Positions 28,465-37,615 of a stretch of 64,000 nucleotides of DNA are shown piece by piece (position 1 is the stretch's first letter; each line of letters starts with the position of its first letter). The position numbers and the translations under genes were made by a program. Source of the DNA: Mangrovibacterium sp. Lineage in GTDB: Bacteria > Bacteroidota > Bacteroidia > Bacteroidales > Prolixibacteraceae. The stretch is from the NCBI GenBank assembly GCA_047971925.1, contig JBKEAC010000085.1:10794-74793 (forward strand), given 5' to 3'. Below the pieces are notes generated by a model that saw only the letters and a program-made list of their open reading frames with translations, made no database searches and was not told the DNA's origin.

Positions 28465-29175
28465 TGAGGAATTAAATCAGTGCATTTTTAAATCCGTTAA
28501 AGATTGATTGAGTTTAAAACGAACAAACATCGTTACTTAAACACGTCTAACAACAATATAAATTGAAGCTTAATTCTATTCATAAAAAAAAACCTACATC
28601 ATTAAGCTTACTTAATACATCTCTTGAAAAAAAATATCACCCAATAAGTTTGCTTATTTTAACATATCAAAAAAAATATGGACAAATAAGCATGCTTAAT
28701 TCATCTCTTGAAAAAAAATACCACCCAATAAGTTTGCTTATTTTAACATATCAAAATAAATATGGACAAATAAGCTTGCTTAATTCATCTCTTGAAAAAA
28801 AATATCACCCAATAAGTTTGCTTATTTTAACATATCGAAATAAATATGGACAAATAAGCTTGCTTAATCCACCTCATGAAAAAAAATATGGACAAATAAA
28901 TTCTTATATAGCTCATGATTGAGAACGTTTATAGTCCTTTGACCATGCCTTTTGATGATGATTGATTGGCAATCAGAATGCATCGTGTCGTTCATTTTGT
29001 TTTATGAGGGCATCTTTTGTCCTAATTTCATAAAAAGACGTATTGCAATGCAACTCTACCATTAGGATGAAATCTACCCTCATAAAATCATAATGACCTA
29101 ACAGCTAATTTTTAGAAATCCCCCTAAAAAAAAAATCACCCTATTTTAAAAGTTGATTTACCGACAATTCGCAAC
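28465..29175 (+). repeat. Modular non-coding repeat element, copy 1 (left module + 42-bp unit array + right module)
   Basis: The roughly 115-bp left module (GGAATTAAATC.GTGCATTTTTAAATCCG...ATAAATTGAAGCTTAA) is, by eye, about 80 percent identical to 52945-53060. The right module is more weakly similar to 53370-53585. Confidence 0.85.
28582..28905 (+). repeat. Tandem array of about eight 42-bp units (three near-identical 84-bp double units)
   Basis: Each unit has a short variable part, an A8-9 tract, TAT, (CACCCAA or GGACAAA), then a palindrome AATAAGTTTGCTTATT or TAAGC(AT/TT)GCTTA. A-tract starts recur every about 42 bp. Confidence 0.9.
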
Positions 29176-29203
29176 TTCACCATATCGAAGCAAAAAAAAT
29201 GAC

Positions 29204-29211
29204 TAACTTTG
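29204..29211 (+). promoter_or_regulatory. Bacteroidota -7 promoter box (TAACTTTG) for the 29.2-33.9 kb operon
   Basis: Exact TAnnTTTG match about 30 bp after the end of repeat element copy 1 and 25 nt before the GTG at 29236. Confidence 0.4.
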
Positions 29212-29235
29212 CAAACTATAATAATTCTAATTCAA

Positions 29236-30837
29236 GTGAAAACAATTTATTTTTTCATACTCCTGTTCCTCGTAGCTATAACCCCACGAAGTTATGCCAA
29301 TTCTCCCAAAGTTGTCGTTGTGATAAACATTGAGAATATGCGCCCAGAATACATTCAACGTTACTACTATAACTTTCAAAACGGAGGCTTCAAGCGATTA
29401 GTTGAAGAAGGTGCGCTTTGCTCAAACACAAGAATGTTCATAAACGATCAAAACATCTGTACTTCAACGGCTAGCTTGTTCACGGGCTCCTATCCTTCCT
29501 CGCATGGAATCATTAACTCCGAATGGTTGAATCGAGTAAATAACAAGAAAGTAGATGCTACCAATACTCCCAATTATCAAACTGTTGGAGGCGATTCCAA
29601 TGAGGGAAAACGGAGTGCTGAAAATCTCCTTAGTACTACCATTGGCGATGAATTAAAATTAAATTCTAATGGTTTAAGTACAGTCTACTCAATATCGGCA
29701 AATGCCGAAACAGCCATTTTTTCTGCTGGTCACGCTGCTGACGGAGCCTTTTGGATGGAAAAAACAACTGGCAACATGATTTCTTCATCTTATTACATTA
29801 ATGAATTTCCGTTCTGGGCACTGAGCTTTAATAATCAAAAAAAAGCAAAACATGCTCTCGATAAAAAATGGGAACTCCTCTATCTTAATCCCATAAATTA
29901 CAAAGCTTCTTCCGAAGATGGTAGCAACTTTGAAATTGGTTTCGAAGGAAAAAACACTTTTCCCTATGACATGCAAAAAATCTACTCGAAAACCGACAAT
30001 TACAGCTTTTTAAAGAACACTCCCTTCATGAATAACATCATCACTGATTTTGCGATTGAACTATTCGATAAAACTCGCATGGGAAGCGATGAGCATACCG
30101 ACCTACTTTCTATAAACTACAGCTCACTAGGTGGGAAGTTTGGTCCACAGTCAATTGAAAATGAAGATTTTTACATTCGCCTTGATCAAGATATTGCACG
30201 ACTCACATCTCACATAACAAAAGCTATCGGCGATGAAAACATACTTATTGTACTTAGCTCAGTAAGTGCTGAAAACTACTCGGCAGAATATTTAAACTCG
30301 TTGAAAATACCTAATGGATATGTAAAACCCGATAATATTGTTGCTTTACTTCGCTCCTATTTAAATGCAACATTTCAACAAGAAAACTGGATTCAAGAAG
30401 TTATTGATCAAGAAATTTATTTTAATCAAGAACTTATTAAAGAGAAAGGTGTTAACTTTAATGAAATGCTCGAAAAATCGGCTCAACTTGTTAATCAATT
30501 TAAAGGTGTTGATATTGCTGTTCCTACTAGTATCTTCTTGCAAGGCGACTTTGCTAACAGTCGATTAAAAAGCATGGCTAACAGTTATAACTTTCAACGA
30601 TCTGGCGACTTATGCTTTTCCGTTCAGCCAAATTGGCAAACAAACTATCGCTTTCAAAACAAGCTTTACACAACCGATAATCGCATATGTCTCCTCTTTT
30701 GGGGAAAAGGAGTAAAAAAAACAAATTGCAGCGAAGAAACAAATGCGATAGACATGGTTCCCACCATTTTCTACCTACTCGGGAAAGCTCAACCGCAGGG
30801 ATGTCAAGGGAAAATCATTAAGCAAATTACAAACTAA
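29236..30837 (+). CDS. Alkaline phosphatase superfamily protein (nucleotide pyrophosphatase/phosphodiesterase-like), secreted
   Basis: The ORF track starts at TTG 29209, which overlaps the -7 box. The in-frame GTG at 29236 gives the signal peptide (M)KTIYFFILLFLVAITPRSYA. AlkP-core features are present: VVVVINIENMRPEY and the nucleophile region CTSTASLFTGSYPSSHGII. Confidence 0.65.
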   Translation: MKTIYFFILLFLVAITPRSYANSPKVVVVINIENMRPEYIQRYYYNFQNGGFKRLVEEGALCSNTRMFINDQNICTSTASLFTGSYPSSHGIINSEWLNRVNNKKVDATNTPNYQTVGGDSNEGKRSAENLLSTTIGDELKLNSNGLSTVYSISANAETAIFSAGHAADGAFWMEKTTGNMISSSYYINEFPFWALSFNNQKKAKHALDKKWELLYLNPINYKASSEDGSNFEIGFEGKNTFPYDMQKIYSKTDNYSFLKNTPFMNNIITDFAIELFDKTRMGSDEHTDLLSINYSSLGGKFGPQSIENEDFYIRLDQDIARLTSHITKAIGDENILIVLSSVSAENYSAEYLNSLKIPNGYVKPDNIVALLRSYLNATFQQENWIQEVIDQEIYFNQELIKEKGVNFNEMLEKSAQLVNQFKGVDIAVPTSIFLQGDFANSRLKSMANSYNFQRSGDLCFSVQPNWQTNYRFQNKLYTTDNRICLLFWGKGVKKTNCSEETNAIDMVPTIFYLLGKAQPQGCQGKIIKQITN

Positions 30838-30840
30838 ACG

Positions 30841-32532
30841 ATGCACTTCACAATGCGCTTGTTAAATAAACAAAATAACTTCTTAATCATCTGGACGACT
30901 TACTTCCTTTCTAGCTGTATAGGTTCGGATTTCGACTTTGATAAATTCGATGATAATCTAAATATAAATCCTGGATTTCAAATTGCACTTGTTAAAGCCG
31001 ATGATATTGAGTTGGGAAGCTTCATTAACCTCAACAAAATTGAATCAGTACAATCTTATGAAGAAGACGGTTACACTAAGTGGGTATATCAGAATAAAGA
31101 AGAACAACTTGCCACTATAAAATTCGAAGATGTTTTCAACAACATTCTCACCGACATTAACAACAACCTCATCGACACATATCACGATTACAACTTCAAC
31201 ATCAAACAATTCATATCTTCCAATCTCGATTTAATTAATCAAATCACAGGAGAAACTTATTCCTCAAGTGAGGTTTCTGCTCTTAGCCCTACTGAAATAA
31301 ACACCCTTTGGTCGAAAATTAATTTTGCCGATATTCAAGATAAGCTAGTGAGTATTGATGAACGATATGTTGATATTACTCCTACCGACTATTTGGAATT
31401 GCATGCCATAAATGCCGATCTTCAACTTTCAATTATATGGGATGGATTTCCCTATGCGGCAAAAGTTGAAATTGATTTTGAAAATATTACAAGCCCAAAT
31501 GAACCCGAAATTCAGCTTAACAATAGCACGACAACTCATGTTTCTGAAACTTTTTCATTTTCACAAGTCGATGTAATCATCGACCCTGAAATTATGCAAT
31601 TGAAAATAACAAGTAAAATCACATTGCTTGAACTGCCAAAAGATGATTTCAACACTCAAATCAAAACAAGCTATCAGAATATTGTCATCAATAGTGTTAC
31701 GGGTGTTTTTTCTAATATATCGAGCAGTTTTGAAAATCAATTTTCAATCAAACTCGATGAATTAGGCAATATTGTTTCGGGTGTTAGCTTTTTAAAACCA
31801 AGCATACACATACCACTAAATAATCAGTCGCCTCTATCAGGAAGTGGAACAATTAAATCGACTTCACTTATGAGCGATGACAGCGAAAGAATGATTAGCA
31901 CCTATGACCCTCTCGAAGTTAATGCTAATTGCGACCAGCAGCTCTCACTAGATTACAAAAATTCAAACATCGTTGACTTGTTTGATGGTGTTGTTATTCC
32001 AGAATCGTTTCTAATCAGCGGCTCCTTCTCACTGGATAGCAAACAAACCAGCGTAACATTAAGTCCAAACAACTTTATTGAAATGGGATATCATATTACC
32101 ATTCCATTCTACTTGAAAATTGTTGATTTAAAATACGAAAACCTTAATGCAGCTAAAATTAATCTATCGGAAAGCGAAAAAAAATTAATCGACAAAGCAG
32201 CAAGACTGGGTGTCATGATTAATTACACTTCCGAATTTCCTGTTAATGCCAATGTAATTCTTAACCTTCTTGATGAAAACCAAAACACAACCAGCACCAT
32301 AGTTCTTGAAAATGCAGTAGAGGCTACTGAAATTAACGAAGCAGGAATCACAATTTCTCCTATTACTAAACAGCATGCTTTTCATTTCACCGAAGAGCAA
32401 ATTGATGCTATTCAAAACACCTATGCCATAAAGCCAATCATATCACTACACACCAATTCGAAAGCAATTGAACTTATTACCGATTACAAAATTGATTTCA
32501 CAATGAGCCTACTCGGAGATATCAATCCTTAA
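30841..32532 (+). CDS. Hypothetical lipoprotein (no recognisable domain)
   Basis: 563 aa with the lipobox YFLSSC, rich in Asn/Ile/Ser. It starts 3 nt after the upstream stop. Confidence 0.6.
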   Translation: MHFTMRLLNKQNNFLIIWTTYFLSSCIGSDFDFDKFDDNLNINPGFQIALVKADDIELGSFINLNKIESVQSYEEDGYTKWVYQNKEEQLATIKFEDVFNNILTDINNNLIDTYHDYNFNIKQFISSNLDLINQITGETYSSSEVSALSPTEINTLWSKINFADIQDKLVSIDERYVDITPTDYLELHAINADLQLSIIWDGFPYAAKVEIDFENITSPNEPEIQLNNSTTTHVSETFSFSQVDVIIDPEIMQLKITSKITLLELPKDDFNTQIKTSYQNIVINSVTGVFSNISSSFENQFSIKLDELGNIVSGVSFLKPSIHIPLNNQSPLSGSGTIKSTSLMSDDSERMISTYDPLEVNANCDQQLSLDYKNSNIVDLFDGVVIPESFLISGSFSLDSKQTSVTLSPNNFIEMGYHITIPFYLKIVDLKYENLNAAKINLSESEKKLIDKAARLGVMINYTSEFPVNANVILNLLDENQNTTSTIVLENAVEATEINEAGITISPITKQHAFHFTEEQIDAIQNTYAIKPIISLHTNSKAIELITDYKIDFTMSLLGDINP

Positions 32533-32571
32533 GAAACTAATACTGCAAAATACTCTATTTTCGTTTAATAC

Positions 32572-33939
32572 ATGAAAAAACATCTCATCATATTCTTACT
32601 TTCAGTATGCTTTCATTCTGTTACTAACGCTCAGAGCAATGGAATACTTTTCCTAGAAGGAGTTCCTCAATCTACCATTCTCAATCCCTCTTGGAGACTA
32701 CATAATGATGATAATTGGCACATTTCTTTACCTGCTCTAGGAAGTATATCTACTGCTATTTCATTTCGCTCGCTATCATGGAATGAGGCTATGCGCATTG
32801 AAAACCGAATCCTCTATTTTGATTTAGAGAATCTTCCTGAAGCAGCCAAAGGAAACAATCCGATCTATGCATCAATGAATTTACAATTGTTTGGTGCCGG
32901 ATTTGAAATTAACAACAGACATTACTTCACGATCAACCTCAACACTCGAATCCAATCTAAAAGCAACATTCCTGGATCTATATTTAATTTACAATATGGC
33001 AACTGGGATACTCAAACAAACACCCCCATTAACCATCATATTCAGAAACTTTCGGTAGATGCCATCAGCTACATCGAAACAAGCCTTGGTTACAACCTAA
33101 AAGTAAATGACCAACTAACAATTGGCACACGCATTAAAGTACTCACGGGTGCTGCGGCTACAAAAACAGAAAACCTAGATATTCAAATGAAGACCTACAC
33201 CGATGGCACCATGCTTGTAGAACACGCCATTCAACAACAATTTGTTGGTCCATTCAACATCCGATTGTCTGATACAGGTAGAATCAATGGCATTCAGGTG
33301 GAAAACAACACTAGCGATATTATCGAATCAACACTCGGAAAAAACAAAGGATTTGCTTTCGATTTTGGTCTTAGCTACCAACTAAACGACAAACTCAATT
33401 TGGGTTTTTCAGTCATCGACATCGGACATATTAATTGGTCGGGGAAAACACAAGAAATTTATTCTCATAATGCACTTTACTATGAACCCACAGATATTAG
33501 CGACAATCTGACAAATGGTAGCAGTGGATCTAACAACAATGCTACAAGTCAAATCAAACAATATATTGACGATTTGAAAGATTCATTCAAGCTTAACAGT
33601 GTCGATAGCATCAGCTTTAGCACTCCCATTTATCGCACAATAAATTTCAATGCTCAATATCAAACTTATCAGTGGCTAAGCCTTGGTGGTCTATTGCAGT
33701 TTAACCATTTTTGGGAGCCAAACATCACACTAGCAAGCACATTTTCCTGTCGTAAAGCTTTTTCTGCAATGTTAAGTTGCAGTGCTTCCAAAGAAGACTA
33801 TTTGAACATAGGCACAGGACTAATGGTTCGAGGTGGTTTTTTTCAATTTTATGCTGTAACCGATCAATTAAATAGCATTTTAAGACTAGGAAATGCCGAC
33901 TCAATCAACTTTCAACTGGGATTTAATTTAATCTTTTAA
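32572..33939 (+). CDS. Putative outer-membrane beta-barrel protein
   Basis: 455 aa with a signal peptide (SVCFHSVTNAQ), alternating hydrophobic beta-strand patterns throughout, and a C-terminal aromatic residue (..QLGFNLIF) typical of OMPs. Confidence 0.6.
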   Translation: MKKHLIIFLLSVCFHSVTNAQSNGILFLEGVPQSTILNPSWRLHNDDNWHISLPALGSISTAISFRSLSWNEAMRIENRILYFDLENLPEAAKGNNPIYASMNLQLFGAGFEINNRHYFTINLNTRIQSKSNIPGSIFNLQYGNWDTQTNTPINHHIQKLSVDAISYIETSLGYNLKVNDQLTIGTRIKVLTGAAATKTENLDIQMKTYTDGTMLVEHAIQQQFVGPFNIRLSDTGRINGIQVENNTSDIIESTLGKNKGFAFDFGLSYQLNDKLNLGFSVIDIGHINWSGKTQEIYSHNALYYEPTDISDNLTNGSSGSNNNATSQIKQYIDDLKDSFKLNSVDSISFSTPIYRTINFNAQYQTYQWLSLGGLLQFNHFWEPNITLASTFSCRKAFSAMLSCSASKEDYLNIGTGLMVRGGFFQFYAVTDQLNSILRLGNADSINFQLGFNLIF

Positions 33940-33965
33940 TTAAAAAAAGAGCAAAGTAATATCAT

Positions 33966-36131
33966 CTAATTTTCAAAAGAATCTGCCACATCATTGCTAT
34001 AAACCTGAGTGAGCAATTCCAGTTTCAGACTTAATTCGGCTATTCTTAAAAGAATTTTTGCCTGCTGAACTACCACTGGCAGAACTTCGTTTGGTTGAAT
34101 CTTAATTAAATGTTCAATTATATCTTTTAATTCTGATTGATTTTTATAGGAATGGTCCATCGTTGGAATCCGAATGACATCTATCACATTCAAAATTTCT
34201 TCAGCTATATTTATCAAATTCGACTGATTTAAAACGCCTGATTCTCGATGCAAACCTAAAGCCGACAAATAGGAAATCAATGCATGATTATGATATGTTA
34301 ATTTCAAAGAAACATCTTGCAAAAGCGATTTCCCTTTCGGTTCCAAACGCATGTTTTTCCAAGCCATCGCCAAAGCATTATCTGCTCGATGGGACTCTCG
34401 CCTAGCTACTCTATAATCAAAGTCATTTTCTGGCAAACAATGCACATGGGCTCGAATAATCTGCTTAAGATATGCTGCATTCGATTGGAAAGCCACATTC
34501 AGAAGCGATGGGATACGCTTCCCATGAAAATCAGGCCACACAATCCTCACTGTAACCACCGCTATTGCAGAGCCAATCAATGTATCTAACAAGCGATATC
34601 CCAATGCATCGACCCCTTGCGGATTAACAAAATTAATGACACATAAAACATAAGTCGTTACGAAAATTACAGCATAACTATATCGCCTTCGTAGCCAATA
34701 CAAAAAAAGAAATGCTGATAACAACAGAAATGCAATTTGTCCCTCCATAGTGGGCAAAATATAAATAGAAATCATTCCGATTAACACCCCCAAGAGTGTT
34801 CCAAAAACACGTTGAAAGAAACGACGCCGAGTTTCACTATATGTAAATTGACAAACAAGTAGTGCAGTAAGCACCACCCATCCACCATAATCAATATTTA
34901 GTAATTGAGCAACAGTATAACTCAACGTTAAGCAAATGGATAAACGTATTGCATGGCGCATTCTTGGATGCTCAAAACTTAGTTGCTCAAACAAGCGCTC
35001 CTTAATCGAGCGATTATCTTTAGACAATCGTGGCATTATAACACTATCTTCACTCGTCATTAGTCCACTAATAATCTCACTAGTCCGACAAACATTCTGT
35101 ACAATATTTCGAAGTGAATGGTCGGCTTTTATTTGATAATAGTCTAATTTTTCTTCTAAAGAATTAACCGACCAAGTAACTAACGCTGGATGTTTATAAG
35201 GAATATGCACCAACAACGAATAAGCAAATAACTCCGAAGCCTCAGCCAATAAATAAAAAACCTGACCTACTCCTTCCAACACCTCTACCTCATTTTTTGA
35301 TTGCTGAATCATTTCATAGCGTTCATGAGTTGAAGTTGCCCTCTCGTGCAAACTTTGCAATTGCATGAAATAATTCATATATTGCCTTAAAACCTTATTA
35401 TCGCCCTCAATATCGGCATAACTCCTCATCAACACCCTGCACTGATCGAGAGAATCAACCAAGCGAATGTTCTTTATCGCTAAATTGTTTCGTATTGTTT
35501 GATGCAACGACATTTCTCTGATAAACAATTGAGCCTTCTCCTTCTGATAAGATGCCAACGCCTTAAATCCACGAGCCAATTGTTCTTCTAGCAAGCGATA
35601 AGGATTCAAATAAAGTAACATTAACGAAAATAAACCATGAATAAGGGCACCTAAAGAAAGTAACACAGCGGGCAAATACCACTCCCGATGAGAATCAATG
35701 CTCATCATAGCATAGACACCCACTAATATTGCACCAAATGTAATACCTCGAAAACGCTCACTAAGTCCACCTATCAAAATAAATACGATTGCAGAAATAC
35801 CTAAGCCTATTCCTAAAAGTATTGCATGATTAGCTAATAAAACAACAGCAAAACTTGATATTCCAAAGCCAAAAACCTTTAGCAATAAAGCAACAACTCT
35901 TCCTTTAGGATGATCATCGGTTTCCGATAATGCATCGGCCAAAACACCTAAAGCCAATGTACTTGCAAAAAAATTTCGCCCTGCCACAATAAAAGGCACA
36001 CACATGAGCGCTATAACAACAGTTACCTTTATGGCTTTTTGCCTATCAGGACTACTCCAAAACCATCTCCTCACGGGTTCATACCAACCAAACTTACTTA
36101 AGAAACTATGAAAACCATATTTATTCTCCAT
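33966..36131 (-). CDS. FUSC/YccS-family integral membrane protein
   Basis: 721 aa with two clusters of about 5-6 TM helices, separated and followed by long helical cytoplasmic regions. This is the architecture of the YccS/YhfK/FUSC family. Confidence 0.6.
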   Translation of the reverse strand: MENKYGFHSFLSKFGWYEPVRRWFWSSPDRQKAIKVTVVIALMCVPFIVAGRNFFASTLALGVLADALSETDDHPKGRVVALLLKVFGFGISSFAVVLLANHAILLGIGLGISAIVFILIGGLSERFRGITFGAILVGVYAMMSIDSHREWYLPAVLLSLGALIHGLFSLMLLYLNPYRLLEEQLARGFKALASYQKEKAQLFIREMSLHQTIRNNLAIKNIRLVDSLDQCRVLMRSYADIEGDNKVLRQYMNYFMQLQSLHERATSTHERYEMIQQSKNEVEVLEGVGQVFYLLAEASELFAYSLLVHIPYKHPALVTWSVNSLEEKLDYYQIKADHSLRNIVQNVCRTSEIISGLMTSEDSVIMPRLSKDNRSIKERLFEQLSFEHPRMRHAIRLSICLTLSYTVAQLLNIDYGGWVVLTALLVCQFTYSETRRRFFQRVFGTLLGVLIGMISIYILPTMEGQIAFLLLSAFLFLYWLRRRYSYAVIFVTTYVLCVINFVNPQGVDALGYRLLDTLIGSAIAVVTVRIVWPDFHGKRIPSLLNVAFQSNAAYLKQIIRAHVHCLPENDFDYRVARRESHRADNALAMAWKNMRLEPKGKSLLQDVSLKLTYHNHALISYLSALGLHRESGVLNQSNLINIAEEILNVIDVIRIPTMDHSYKNQSELKDIIEHLIKIQPNEVLPVVVQQAKILLRIAELSLKLELLTQVYSNDVADSFEN

Positions 36132-36278
36132 TCTAGCAATACTATTAGATTCAAAATCAATTCCTTTCTAAAAGAAAAAGCATGAATAATCATATTCATA
36201 CTTTCCTTTTTAAAGAACATGCAAATTAACTACTTCTTAGAAAATACTGAGTAGTCTAAACCTTAAGTTTATATAAGA

Positions 36279-37028
36279 TTAATGCGTATTATTCCAAAAC
36301 AATTGAGCTTTTTCTAAATCCTCAGGTGTATCTATGCCAATACTTTCATGCTCCGTTTCTGCCACTTTAATTTTATAACCCGCCTCAAGCCAACGCAATT
36401 GCTCTAAGGATTCCGACAATTCAAGCGACGATGGCTCTAAGGTTGTCAATTTCTGAAGCACATCTGCTCGATAAGCATACATCCCTAAATGATAATAAAA
36501 CGAACGATTTTCTAACCACTTTTCAGGATCTGTTCCACGCACATAAGGAATTGTTGATCGGCTAAACAACATGGCGAAGTTTTGCGTATTAAAAACAAGC
36601 TTCGGACGATTCGGGTTAAACAATGTTTCAACATCTTCCACGCGCTTTGCCAATGTAGCTATCTGCGTTGAACTATCAGAAAAACATTGAGTCAAAGATT
36701 CTAGTTGCTGTGCACACACAAAAGGCTCATCGCCTTGCACATTCACCACCACGTCAAAATCATTTTCTTTAGCCAACAAGCGTGCTGCTTCTGCCACTCT
36801 ATCAGTACCACTAGGGTGATCTGCTCGTGTTATTACAACTCGTCCACCAAAATTTTTTACTACTTGTGCTATTCTATCATCATCGGTTGCCACCCAAACA
36901 CGTTCAAATGTTTCAGCAGCTTTTTCATAAACATGCTGAATAATGTATTTTTCAGCTAACTTTTCGAGAGGCTTACCTGGAAATCTAGACGATTGATATC
37001 GAGCTGGAATAATGGCAATAATATTCAT
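36279..37028 (-). CDS. kdsB: 3-deoxy-manno-octulosonate cytidylyltransferase (CMP-KDO synthetase)
   Basis: 249 aa with MNIIAIIPARYQSSRFPGKPL, SGTDR and NVQGDEP motifs. Confidence 0.92.
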   Translation of the reverse strand: MNIIAIIPARYQSSRFPGKPLEKLAEKYIIQHVYEKAAETFERVWVATDDDRIAQVVKNFGGRVVITRADHPSGTDRVAEAARLLAKENDFDVVVNVQGDEPFVCAQQLESLTQCFSDSSTQIATLAKRVEDVETLFNPNRPKLVFNTQNFAMLFSRSTIPYVRGTDPEKWLENRSFYYHLGMYAYRADVLQKLTTLEPSSLELSESLEQLRWLEAGYKIKVAETEHESIGIDTPEDLEKAQLFWNNTH

Positions 37029-37086
37029 GTAGATAATTTTATTTGATTAAAAAAGATTTTATATTCATTTTTTGTGCACTTTTTAT

Positions 37087-37115
37087 TTTGATTATGCAAA
37101 GTTCTTGTATTTTTG
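37087..37115 (+). promoter_or_regulatory. Candidate Bacteroidota promoter (TTTG-N17-TATTTTTG) upstream of the receiver gene
   Basis: TTTG at 37087-37090 and TAnnTTTG at 37108-37115, in the 218-bp divergent intergenic region. Confidence 0.35.
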
Positions 37116-37246
37116 CACAAATATAATAATATCATCTTCTAAAATAGAAAGATTGATAAACGGTACTTAAACTTTTCCAACATTGGTGGGTTTATTTAAC
37201 GAGAGTTGCAAAAAAATAATTTATCATCACCTTAATTTAAAAACAT

Positions 37247-37615
37247 ATGTCTAAAAAAATTCTTGTAGCAGAAGACAACAAACTTATCCTAGAAACAATC
37301 TGTCATAAACTAATTAAAGATGGCTACGAAGTAATTAAAACCGTAAATGGTAAAGAATGCAGCGAATATCTAAGCTCTCACAAAGATGAAATAGATATGC
37401 TCATCACCGACTTATATATGCCTTTTTTAAATGGTCACGAAATCATTAACCTAGTAAGAGTGGAACTTGATTTAAAAATTCCAATCCTAGTTTTATCGGC
37501 CGACGGGGCGGAAGACTCGGTGTTGAAAGCTTTTGAACTAGGAGCCGACGACTATGTAATTAAACCTTTTAGTCTGAGCGAACTCACCATTCGACTAAAA
37601 AAGATGCTGCGTTAA
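37247..37615 (+). CDS. Stand-alone response regulator receiver (CheY-like) protein
   Basis: 122 aa with acidic pocket VAEDN, phospho-acceptor Asp in LITDLYMP and a conserved Lys in VIKPF. There is no output domain. Confidence 0.88.
   Translation: MSKKILVAEDNKLILETICHKLIKDGYEVIKTVNGKECSEYLSSHKDEIDMLITDLYMPFLNGHEIINLVRVELDLKIPILVLSADGAEDSVLKAFELGADDYVIKPFSLSELTIRLKKMLR

Noticed and set aside
28582-28905. CRISPR array interpretation of the 42-bp arrays (also 53055-53346)
   Set aside because: The inter-palindrome segments are not unique spacers, since they repeat and alternate between two types. The unit length of 42 bp is shorter than one repeat plus one spacer, and no cas genes are present in the window.
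28563-28922. 119-aa ORF encoding a repetitive peptide (..LEKKYHPISLLILTYQKKYGQISMLNSS.. three times)
   Set aside because: It is simply one reading frame through the 84-bp tandem DNA repeats. It starts at a non-ATG codon, has no promoter context, and the homologous array at 53055-53346 is not open in any frame. I treat it as non-coding.
28967-28982. Sigma-54 promoter-like sequence TGGCAA-N5-ATGCA with correct GG-N10-GC spacing inside the right module of element copy 1
   Set aside because: It has two mismatches in the conserved flanks, lies about 250 bp upstream of the nearest start codon, and is not conserved in the homologous part of copy 2.
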